A stretch of DNA of 64,000 nucleotides. Source: an uncultured virus (IMG/VR IMGVR_UViG_3300032220_001168). Taxonomy: Duplodnaviria; Heunggongvirae; Uroviricota; Caudoviricetes. The position numbers and the translations under genes were made by a program. Of this stretch, positions 1 to 6,891 are shown piece by piece. Numbering within the stretch: the first letter of the stretch is position 1; the number at the start of each line of letters is the position of its first letter. The notes beneath the pieces were generated by a model. That model searched no databases and was not told the DNA's origin. It saw nothing but the letters and a program-made list of their open reading frames with translations. The stretch lies in the IMG/VR virus record IMGVR_UViG_3300032220_001168; one strand, 5' to 3'.

Positions 1-2
1 CC

Positions 3-227
3 CAATGGGGCGCCGACCAGGAGCTGGAGGTGTGCGTCAGATGGCTTGACCGAAATGGTTACTACGACTCTGAAACTGAACTCCTTGCCGCCCGCCGCCC
101 CAATCCGCCGAGCTTGAAGGAGCAGGCGCTTGCTGTGATCGAAAATTCTATATGGGTTTGTGACCACTTAAGTAAACAGGATGAAACAATCCTCCGCCGC
201 GCACTGAAGGCATTGCCCAATGACTGA
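3..227 (+). CDS. hypothetical early protein, 5'-truncated by window edge
   Basis: Frame is open from position 3 (QWGADQELEVC...PPSLKEQAL); overlaps next gene start. Confidence 0.7.
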   Translation, partial: QWGADQELEVCVRWLDRNGYYDSETELLAARRPNPPSLKEQALAVIENSIWVCDHLSKQDETILRRALKALPND

Positions 228-498
228 CCTCTCCCCCGCCGCGCAGGCAGTGCTGGATGCTTACAGCAAACATGTATCGGAATGGCTTAAGTCAAGTAAG
301 ACTGATAAACCAAGTTCGCATTATCACGCATCCGGTATGGCCGCCGCCCTTCGCGCTGCTGCGGATGAAGTGGCGCCAGAAACTCCCGAGTCCGAGCAAG
401 ACGACCCCGACATGCTTAAGGGCATTTGGAGTGAGCGGCGCACCATCCGCACAGAACTCCTTGCCATCGCCGATGAACTTCAGGCTATTTCCATTTGA
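220..498 (+). CDS. hypothetical early protein
   Basis: 92 aa ORF (LSPAAQAVLDA...AAALRAAAD) followed by a terminator. Confidence 0.75.
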   Translation: MTDLSPAAQAVLDAYSKHVSEWLKSSKTDKPSSHYHASGMAAALRAAADEVAPETPESEQDDPDMLKGIWSERRTIRTELLAIADELQAISI

Positions 499-513
499 AA
501 CTAAATTAGAAGC

Positions 514-547
514 AAAAAAAAGGGGGGCCTTCAGGGGCCCCTTTTTT
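514..547. terminator. bidirectional intrinsic terminator
   Basis: A8, then GGGGCC/GGCCCC hairpin, then T6. Confidence 0.85.
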
Positions 548-665
548 ATTGGCTTGACGAGTTCCGAGAGGCTGAGTGCCTCACAAATCAGGCTTTTGCC
601 ATCCATACCATTGCACTATACAGCCAAGGCTCAATTGGCTTCGTATAAGGTCCGGCTAGTAATAG

Positions 666-866
666 ACAAAAGAAAAGGGCCCTTACGGACCCTCGTCTTT
701 ATCACCCTCCGATTGCGCTGCTCCTCACAAAGGGAAAGGAACCCAAACGAGCCAACCACAAAGCCCGGTCTATCCTTACGGAGAAGACATTCCTTTCACG
801 CCGTCCATCCTCGCGGGCCCTACGTGGGGACGTAGAACGAAGCCGAAGCATCAGGACCGAGTGACT
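666..866 (-). ncRNA. candidate ~200 nt structured ncRNA
   Basis: Own extended -10 (TGGTATGAT, 872-880 minus), closing stem, several stems needing G-U pairs on the minus strand, GUAA tetraloop, terminator GGGUCC-GUAA-GGGCCC-UUUUCUUUU. Confidence 0.6.
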
Positions 867-871
867 TGCAA

Positions 872-880
872 ATCATACCA
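872..880 (-). promoter_or_regulatory. extended -10 promoter (TG-n-TATGAT)
   Basis: Reverse complement of ATCATACCA; predicted start ~865-866 coincides with the ncRNA closing stem. Confidence 0.6.
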
Positions 881-1001
881 CACCTCGCACGCCTCCACCC
901 GTGCTAGGGCAAGGTTCGGTTAACCGTCCCTTAAATCGTGCTAGCGTCAAGGCGCTGGTCAGGCGACTGTCAGCCCAAACTGACATTCTTCTTCTTTTCC
1001 T

Positions 1002-1367
1002 GTGATCAAAACATTATTCTCCGTTTGCTTTGCTGCCCTCACCTTCGTGCCAGTGGTCAGTGAAGCTGCTTCATCGCGTCAATGCGGCACATCCTCTTGG
1101 TATGGCATGGGAGACGGCTTCCATGGGCAACGAACTGCCAATGGGGAACGCTTCAGTGCTTATGCCATGACTGCTGCCCATCGCTACCTCCCGCTTGGTT
1201 CCACGGTGAAGGTGACCAACCCGGCCAATGGCAGGAAGGTGACAGTCAGGATCAATGACAGAGGCCCGTATTACGGCAGTCGCATCCTCGATCTGTCCTA
1301 CGCAGCCTTCGCAAAATTAGCCAGTCCAGGCAGTGGCACAGCGCAAGTGTGCATTGCTCGCCTTTAG
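1002..1367 (+). CDS. rlpA: RlpA-like lytic transglycosylase (DPBB), with signal peptide
   Basis: SWYG...FHGQRTANGE...MTAAHRYLPLGS...VRINDRGPY...RILDLS. Confidence 0.9.
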   Translation: MIKTLFSVCFAALTFVPVVSEAASSRQCGTSSWYGMGDGFHGQRTANGERFSAYAMTAAHRYLPLGSTVKVTNPANGRKVTVRINDRGPYYGSRILDLSYAAFAKLASPGSGTAQVCIARL

Positions 1368-1391
1368 GGCATGATGGTTTCGGAAAGTGCT

Positions 1392-1426
1392 AAGCGTCTT
1401 CTCGGCTGGGGAGGCGCTTTTTTTTT
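1392..1426 (+). terminator. intrinsic terminator
   Basis: AAGCGTCTTCTC/GGGGAGGCGCTT stem plus T run after rlpA. Confidence 0.8.
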
Positions 1427-1492
1427 GTAACGATTTATTACAGCGCTGGCAAAAGCGGCCATTTGGCTGTATTCTTCTTTCACGAGGCGCGA
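1424..1492 (+). promoter_or_regulatory. early promoter module copy 1 (HLR1-like box + -10 + conserved leader)
   Basis: TTTGTAAC-GA-TTTATTAC (1424-1441), 28 nt, TATTCT (1470-1475), CACGAGGCGCGA. Confidence 0.75.
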
Positions 1493-1503
1493 CCCTCACA
1501 ACC

Positions 1504-1809
1504 ATGCCCACTTCAACCATGTTCAAGCCCCAAACCAAAACCGACATCATCAAGCGCTTCATCTTCGACGCTGGCAGCTCCATCATCAGCGTTGAATTCA
1601 TCAAGGCCGATGGCACTGTCCGTAAGCTGCAGTTCAACCCCCTTGATTCGCAGGAAGTCAAAGGCACTGGCCACGCCCTGAAGAAGCCCAATATCGTGCG
1701 CTGCCGCGACTTTGCAGTGGCTCGCAAGGAAGGCGAAGGTGCATGGCGTTCGTTTGACTGCGAGCGCGTGGTCAAGATTCAAGCCCACGGCACCGTCATC
1801 TCTTTTTGA
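1504..1809 (+). CDS. WYL-like/SH3-fold phage protein
   Basis: SVEFIKADGTVRKL...WRSFDCERV; ATG 1504 follows promoter module. Confidence 0.7.
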   Translation: MPTSTMFKPQTKTDIIKRFIFDAGSSIISVEFIKADGTVRKLQFNPLDSQEVKGTGHALKKPNIVRCRDFAVARKEGEGAWRSFDCERVVKIQAHGTVISF

Positions 1810-1811
1810 TC

Positions 1812-2114
1812 ATGCCATCCTTCACTGCACCCATTGCCGTCGTTTCCCCCGAGGCATTCTTCAAGAAGCATGCAGAAGAAATTCTGCTGGAGCTAATCAA
1901 GGAAGAACTAACGCAAGCCATATACGATGAAATTTACGAAGAAACCGTTGATTTAGCGTTTGACCGTTATTTGCAATGGGCTGAAACATTGCCCAAGAAA
2001 AGAAAAAATAATGCGATGCAATTTTACATAAAGAAAGTCAAGGAAATGAAGAGCAAAACATTTCTCAAACACAGAAGATTCAGCCACTTGTTTTCCACTT
2101 GGGACGGACCATGA
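1812..2114 (+). CDS. hypothetical protein
   Basis: Tightly packed ORF in early operon. Confidence 0.7.
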   Translation: MPSFTAPIAVVSPEAFFKKHAEEILLELIKEELTQAIYDEIYEETVDLAFDRYLQWAETLPKKRKNNAMQFYIKKVKEMKSKTFLKHRRFSHLFSTWDGP

Positions 2115-2293
2115 AAGACGCATTCATGAATGGTGTTGCCTTGGGAGCGGCGACTGGCGCTCTAGGCTTTCTGGTGTTTGGCATCATGGCGGATTTCCCT
2201 GCCCCACAGAAGGATCCGCAAGCCCTTGCCATCTGCCTAAAGCTGCATCCTGAGCGCTACTGCCGCATTACTTACGACGGCCTCAAGCCCTGA
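2111..2293 (+). CDS. small membrane protein
   Basis: N-terminal hydrophobic helix, CLKLHPERYC; ATGA overlap. Confidence 0.7.
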   Translation: MKDAFMNGVALGAATGALGFLVFGIMADFPAPQKDPQALAICLKLHPERYCRITYDGLKP

Positions 2294-2294
2294 C

Positions 2295-2363
2295 TTTGTA
2301 AAGCTTTGTAACAGGCCCTGGCAACGGGGCCATTTAGCTGTATTGTTCTCTCAAGGGCGCGAG
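2295..2363 (+). promoter_or_regulatory. early promoter module copy 2
   Basis: TTTGTAAA-GC-TTTGTAAC (2295-2312; exact reverse-complement HLR1), 28 nt, TATTGT (2341-2346), AGGGCGCGAG. Confidence 0.8.
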
Positions 2364-2382
2364 TCCACCATCTTTTTCCACC

Positions 2383-2595
2383 ATGGCCTCCTATCTAGAG
2401 AAAATTGAAGCTGATCGTCAGGCGCAGCACAGTGGCACCAGCATCCGCAAGTACCAAACCAGCGATGGTATCAAGTGGGAAGTGTACTGCTGGGAGCGCG
2501 TGACTGAACTGCACCATATCTCCTACCCCGTGTCTGACTTATTCGACCACGAATGGCAGGCCGAACGTTTCCTCACTGCCCTTAAGCACCGCTGA
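2383..2595 (+). CDS. hypothetical protein
   Basis: 70 aa ORF directly after promoter module. Confidence 0.75.
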   Translation: MASYLEKIEADRQAQHSGTSIRKYQTSDGIKWEVYCWERVTELHHISYPVSDLFDHEWQAERFLTALKHR

Positions 2596-2597
2596 TC

Positions 2598-2882
2598 ATG
2601 AGACTTGCACCTGCCACCCCCATTGTTCCCACCATCCACCTGAATGGCACCAATGGGGAAGAACTGAAGGCTGAATACTATGCCGCCTATGAGGCCATCG
2701 AACGAGCTGTGGAGGCCCTGGCAGCAGCAACGCTCAATGCCCGTGACTACTACGTGCAAAGTGCTGATGCCTACTATGAGGCCCGCGAGCAGCGTGCTGA
2801 AGCCTTCGACAAGCTTCGGCAAGTGTCTGACTACGTGGAGGGCATGCTCGTGGGCATCATTGACCAGACCAAGCCTTTGTAA
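2598..2882 (+). CDS. hypothetical protein
   Basis: PTIHLNGT...NARDYY helical protein. Confidence 0.75.
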   Translation: MRLAPATPIVPTIHLNGTNGEELKAEYYAAYEAIERAVEALAAATLNARDYYVQSADAYYEAREQRAEAFDKLRQVSDYVEGMLVGIIDQTKPL

Positions 2883-2945
2883 AGCTTTGTAACAACGGGG
2901 CCTCCGGGCCCTTTTTAGCTGTATTGTTTTCTCACGAGGCGCGAG
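2876..2945 (+). promoter_or_regulatory. early promoter module copy 3
   Basis: TTTGTAAA-GC-TTTGTAAC (2876-2893), 28 nt containing GC hairpin+T5, TATTGT (2922-2927), CACGAGGCGCGAG. Confidence 0.8.
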
Positions 2946-2967
2946 CTTCACCACCCCCGTTACAACC

Positions 2968-3327
2968 ATGGCAATCATCAACCACACTGTCGAGCAGATC
3001 GCTCCAGATCTCGACTCCTACACCAAAGTCGAGGGGCTGGAGCGCCTTGATTTCAAGGTGGTGCTCCCTGATTCCTGTGAGCCTTTCCCCGTGAACGAGC
3101 GCAACGGCTCGCCTCAGCATCTGCTTCGCACGCTTGAAATGTACGGCCTGCTGCACGTGTGCCACCGCTGGCATATGAATGGGCCAGTGAGGAGTGAGTG
3201 GACCATCTCCACCATGGTGGGCCCCATCACCGTTCCTGCTGGCACTCGCATTGTCTCCGAAGAAGTGCCCTCCACCATGCAGGCCATCAAAAAGCCAGCC
3301 TCCCTGGGCAAACGCATCTGGGATTGA
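2968..3327 (+). CDS. hypothetical protein
   Basis: 119 aa ORF after promoter module. Confidence 0.75.
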   Translation: MAIINHTVEQIAPDLDSYTKVEGLERLDFKVVLPDSCEPFPVNERNGSPQHLLRTLEMYGLLHVCHRWHMNGPVRSEWTISTMVGPITVPAGTRIVSEEVPSTMQAIKKPASLGKRIWD

Positions 3328-3394
3328 TTACGAAATGTAATGACGGGGCCATTAGGCCCCTTTTTGCTGTATTCTTCTTTCAACGAGGCGCGAG
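3324..3394 (+). promoter_or_regulatory. early promoter module copy 4
   Basis: TTGATTAC-GA-AATGTAAT (3324-3341), 28 nt, TATTCT (3370-3375), AACGAGGCGCGAG. Confidence 0.7.
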
Positions 3395-3414
3395 CTTCCC
3401 AACTGGCTTCAACC

Positions 3415-3576
3415 ATGACCGTCATCCTCCATCGCCTCTTCGAGCAAACGCCAGATGGCGTTGTTCGTCACTGCGGATTCACTGGCCCCTCCCTTGAAGA
3501 GGCCCTGCTATGGCAAAAGGAAATGCAGGAATGCTTCCCGCAGAATTGCCACTGGATCACCCCCGTTCTTCGTTGA
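3415..3576 (+). CDS. hypothetical protein
   Basis: ATG 3415 after promoter module. Confidence 0.65.
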   Translation: MTVILHRLFEQTPDGVVRHCGFTGPSLEEALLWQKEMQECFPQNCHWITPVLR

Positions 3577-3578
3577 TC

Positions 3579-3764
3579 ATGGACACCATCAACATTCTGG
3601 CAATTAGCTCAAAAGGCAAAAGCCGCATTGGCACCAAAATGACCATGGCCATTGTTGAGCAAAACCATCATGACAAAATGTTTGTTGTGATTCCTGGCAC
3701 TAATCAATGCCGCTGGATCAAAAAGGATAACGACCCTGATTTTCGCATTATTGGAGACGATTGA
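3579..3764 (+). CDS. hypothetical protein
   Basis: SSKGKSRIG...CRWIKKDNDPDFRI. Confidence 0.7.
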   Translation: MDTINILAISSKGKSRIGTKMTMAIVEQNHHDKMFVVIPGTNQCRWIKKDNDPDFRIIGDD

Positions 3765-4060
3765 TGATTACTATTCGCACTTCTACTGACCATGGCCCAT
3801 ATTTTGATACATCCCGTGGTTCTTATCAAGCTGCACGCTTGAAGGATGTTGTTTTCCATTGCCGCTTAGCAATGAGCGATGGGGAAGACATTATTGGCAT
3901 TTTTCACGATGACACCTGCATTGGCATTTGGCAGAACGAGCCAGACGTTGATAGCGATGGCGAAGGCGGTTGGGACAGAGGCCCTAATGCCTATGTGCAA
4001 TACCGGCCTGACGGCCCTAGCCCTAAGCTGTTCAAGATCCTCTGTGAGGCCCTCCAATGA
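3764..4060 (+). CDS. hypothetical protein
   Basis: Stop/start overlap with neighbours. Confidence 0.7.
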   Translation: MITIRTSTDHGPYFDTSRGSYQAARLKDVVFHCRLAMSDGEDIIGIFHDDTCIGIWQNEPDVDSDGEGGWDRGPNAYVQYRPDGPSPKLFKILCEALQ

Positions 4061-4311
4061 GCGTCCTTTCCATTCTTGATTGGTCTGTTTGTCCTGACAG
4101 TGATATGTTGATTGTCACGGCTACTGTTGATAATTTCACCGTCACCTCCTGGCACTGGGACCACAGTGATTATGAGGAGGAGCATGGTCGCGCAGTGTGC
4201 AGGACGACCATCCTGCTGGAAGAGCGCAGCGACTGGCCCTCCACTGAGGAGGAGCAGATAGAGTTTTTGGACGCTTACGAGCCTTGCTGGCTGCTCCTGG
4301 AGGACGCATGA
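4057..4311 (+). CDS. acidic hypothetical protein
   Basis: ATGA overlaps on both sides. Confidence 0.7.
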   Translation: MSVLSILDWSVCPDSDMLIVTATVDNFTVTSWHWDHSDYEEEHGRAVCRTTILLEERSDWPSTEEEQIEFLDAYEPCWLLLEDA

Positions 4312-4652
4312 GCACCAATTACTACCTGCACGCCCCCGCTTGCCCCCATTGCCAAACACCACTGGAAGAGCCTCTGCATCTTGGCAAAAGTTCGCAGGGC
4401 TGGTGCTTTTCCCTTCATCTCCACCCAGAAGATGAATTAAGTGATTGGGCGGATGTTTGGGAGCGCTTAGAGCATTCTGTGGTATCGGCTGGCTATGAAA
4501 TTAAAACTGAATATGGAGAAAGTGTTAGCTTGCCTTTATTCTTTGCCACTGTTTGGAACAGGAGCAATAATTGCAAAAGGCACGATATCGATGATCGTTG
4601 TATTGGCCATGGCAATGGCCCCTTTGATTATTTTATTGGAGATTTTTCATAG
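4308..4652 (+). CDS. hypothetical protein with CxxC
   Basis: MSTNYYL...CPHC...HLGKSSQGWCF. Confidence 0.75.
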   Translation: MSTNYYLHAPACPHCQTPLEEPLHLGKSSQGWCFSLHLHPEDELSDWADVWERLEHSVVSAGYEIKTEYGESVSLPLFFATVWNRSNNCKRHDIDDRCIGHGNGPFDYFIGDFS

Positions 4653-4788
4653 TGATAGATTTAATCAAAGATCTATGGCAATTACTAGGTTCATATTCAT
4701 TTAAAGCTTATGATCCTGAAGGGCAAGAAGCATTGCGCATTCCACTTAATTGGTTAGCTATTTTCTTTATTCTTTGTCTTTTCTCATT

Positions 4789-4968
4789 ATGATTATTGTT
4801 GATTTCTTTTCTGAAACATGCTGCAAAGGCACGGAAATCGTGGAAGGCTGGTATTGGTATGAAGACGATGGGGAAGGCATGGGAGGTCCGTTTGATGACG
4901 AAGAAGATGCTATGCTTGCCGCTGAAAACGGTATTGGCTGGGATTCGCCTTGGCAACTGCACAAATGA
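4789..4968 (+). CDS. small acidic protein
   Basis: EGWYWY...GGPFDDEEDA. Confidence 0.65.
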   Translation: MIIVDFFSETCCKGTEIVEGWYWYEDDGEGMGGPFDDEEDAMLAAENGIGWDSPWQLHK

Positions 4969-5537
4969 AGGTATTGGTGGCATGCGAATACTCGGGAGTG
5001 GTACGCGATGCTTTTATTAAGCAAGGACACAATGCCATTAGTTGCGACTTACTACCCAGCGAGAGACTAGGCCCTCACTACGAAGGAGATGTGTGCGACA
5101 TTATCAACAATGGATTTGATTTAATGATTGCTCACCCTCCCTGCACACATTTAGCGGTTAGTGGTGCTCGATGGTTCAAAGATAAACAAACAGAGCAGCT
5201 TGAAGCATTAGACTTTGTGCGTTTATTGCTAAATGCTCCTATTGATTATATTGCTTTGGAAAATCCCGTTAGTATTATTTCCTCTCGCATTCGCAAGCCT
5301 AGTCAAATTATACAACCTTGGCAATTTGGCCATGGTGAAACAAAAGCAACTTGTTTATGGTTAAAAAACTTGCCTAAACTCGTTCCCACTAATATTGTTG
5401 AAGGAAGAGAAGCAAAAGTGCACCGAATGACACCTGGTCCCAACAGATGGAAGGAAAGAAGCCGTACGTATCAAGGAATTGCAGATGCAATGGCAAGTCA
5501 ATGGGGAAATTTGCAGGGTCCGGCTGGAGGCGTATAG
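4965..5537 (+). CDS. DNA (cytosine-5) methyltransferase, short phage type
   Basis: VLVACEYSG (motif I variant), HPPC catalytic, ENPV. Confidence 0.85.
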   Translation: MKVLVACEYSGVVRDAFIKQGHNAISCDLLPSERLGPHYEGDVCDIINNGFDLMIAHPPCTHLAVSGARWFKDKQTEQLEALDFVRLLLNAPIDYIALENPVSIISSRIRKPSQIIQPWQFGHGETKATCLWLKNLPKLVPTNIVEGREAKVHRMTPGPNRWKERSRTYQGIADAMASQWGNLQGPAGGV

Positions 5538-5599
5538 GGTCCGGCTGGGAATGTATCAAGACCCGGCTGGAGGCGTATAGGGTCCGGCCAGGGTTGTAT
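5515..5599. repeat. ~21 bp tandem repeat x4
   Basis: AGGGTCCGGCTGGAGGCGTAT units at 5515, 5536, 5557, 5579. Confidence 0.9.
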
Positions 5600-5679
5600 T
5601 AGTACGCTTGTACTATTGGTTATTGCTATTGCGACTCATTCTCAAAATAGTACATTTGTACTATAGTGCGTTTGTACTA
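5600..5679. promoter_or_regulatory. three LexA-like boxes plus one Fur-like box
   Basis: TAGTACGCTTGTACTA 5600-5615, TAGTACATTTGTACTA 5648-5663, TAGTGCGTTTGTACTA 5664-5679; ATTGCGACTCATTCTCAAA 5628-5646. Confidence 0.65.
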
Positions 5680-5685
5680 CTGCTA

Positions 5686-5855
5686 AATATACCCTACCTA
5701 ATCGCCGTTGAATATACCCTACCTAATCGCCGTTGAATATACCCTACCTAATCGCCGTTGAATATACCCTACCCTCGGAGTGTGGAATAACCTACTCATA
5801 GCGCCTTTAAATATAGCTTACCCATAGGGGCTTTAAATATAGCTCACTCGCGAGC
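5686..5855. repeat. 25 bp tandem repeat (3 exact + ~4 degenerate copies)
   Basis: AATATACCCTACCTAATCGCCGTTG at 5686, 5711, 5736; decaying copies at 5761, 5786, 5810, 5836. Confidence 0.9.
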
Positions 5856-5860
5856 TCTTG

Positions 5861-5930
5861 CTCCTCGCTCCTCCTCGCTCCTCCTCGCTCCTCCTCGCTC
5901 CTCCTCGCTCCTCCTCGCTCCTCCTCGCTC
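5861..5930. repeat. 10 bp tandem repeat x7
   Basis: (CTCCTCGCTC)7. Confidence 0.95.
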
Positions 5931-6097
5931 CCTTCGATCCATCAGCCTGGCTGATCAAAAAGCCCGCAATCGGGCACTCATTAGCTTAGCCGTTTATTAG
6001 TGGGCAATATTGCCCGAAAGGATCAGGATGCCTGATCAGCACCCCATAAAGGCGCCTCGAGGCCTTTATATGGGGAGGCCTTCGCTCCTTTCTTCTC

Positions 6098-6532
6098 ATG
6101 GCTTCGCCTCTCCTCCCCGGTGAGAAACGCGCGCCTCGCGCTCCTCGCCTTTCGCCTTCGCCTCTCCTCCCCGGTGAGCTCTCATGGCCGGAGCGCTCCT
6201 TCTCTTCTCTTGAGGAGGCCGAAGCCTTCGCGCTTCTCCTCGAGAAGGAGCTCCTCGCTCTTGAGGAGCGCTCCTCTCCCTTCTCTCTTCGCGCCAATGC
6301 TCAAGAGCTCGAAGGCGACGCTCGATCAGCTCTCCTCGCTCTTGAGCGGGAGCCTCGCCTCGCCTCAAGCGCTCGAAGCATTGGCGCATTGGTCGATCAG
6401 CTTCGCGCGAGCGCTTCGAGGCTTCGCGCTCTTGCTGATCAGCGCGAGGAGCTTCGCGCTCGCCTCGAGGCCTCCCTCGAAGAGCTCGAGGAGCTCATGG
6501 CAGGGGTTCGCTGGCCTCTCCTCGCTCACTGA
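6098..6532 (+). CDS. coiled-coil hypothetical protein, L/S/A/E/R-rich
   Basis: 144 aa, first island ORF, no Thr or Tyr. Confidence 0.6.
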   Translation: MASPLLPGEKRAPRAPRLSPSPLLPGELSWPERSFSSLEEAEAFALLLEKELLALEERSSPFSLRANAQELEGDARSALLALEREPRLASSARSIGALVDQLRASASRLRALADQREELRARLEASLEELEELMAGVRWPLLAH

Positions 6533-6562
6533 TCCTTCTTCTTCTTCTTCGCCTTCTCTCCC

Positions 6563-6835
6563 ATGGCTTCTCTCTCTCCTTTCGCTCTCTGGCAATTCTC
6601 AAGGCGCCTCGGTTCGCTCGAAGAGCTCGAGCGCATGCATCCGGGGACCGTTGATACCTTCGCGCTCGAGGAGGCTCCTCCTCTTGCCGTCTTGCTTTAT
6701 GAAGGCGACGCTTGGCTTCTCGTTTGCTCTGACGCTGCTGGTTCCTACTTTCGCGCTCATATAGAAAACCAAACCCACGTGAGCGAAGAGCTCGAGGAGC
6801 TCGAGCTTCTTCTTTTTGAATGGCTTCTGCCTTGA
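6563..6835 (+). CDS. acidic hypothetical protein
   Basis: LLYEGDAWL...YFRAHIENQ...LEELELLLFEW. Confidence 0.7.
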   Translation: MASLSPFALWQFSRRLGSLEELERMHPGTVDTFALEEAPPLAVLLYEGDAWLLVCSDAAGSYFRAHIENQTHVSEELEELELLLFEWLLP

Positions 6836-6891
6836 GGCGCTCGCCTCCTCTCCCTTCTCCTCCTCCTTTCTCCTTCTCTTCTCTTCTTCTC

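Noticed and set aside
549..624. Second small minus-strand RNA from GCTG-TATAGT to the terminator
   Set aside because: Its main stem pairs better on the plus strand; evidence too thin
257..835. 192 aa + ORF and 104 aa - ORF (292-606)
   Set aside because: Both run through a strong bidirectional terminator and overlap a better gene
5686..5855. Possible CRISPR array
   Set aside because: Units are contiguous with no unique spacers; no cas genes
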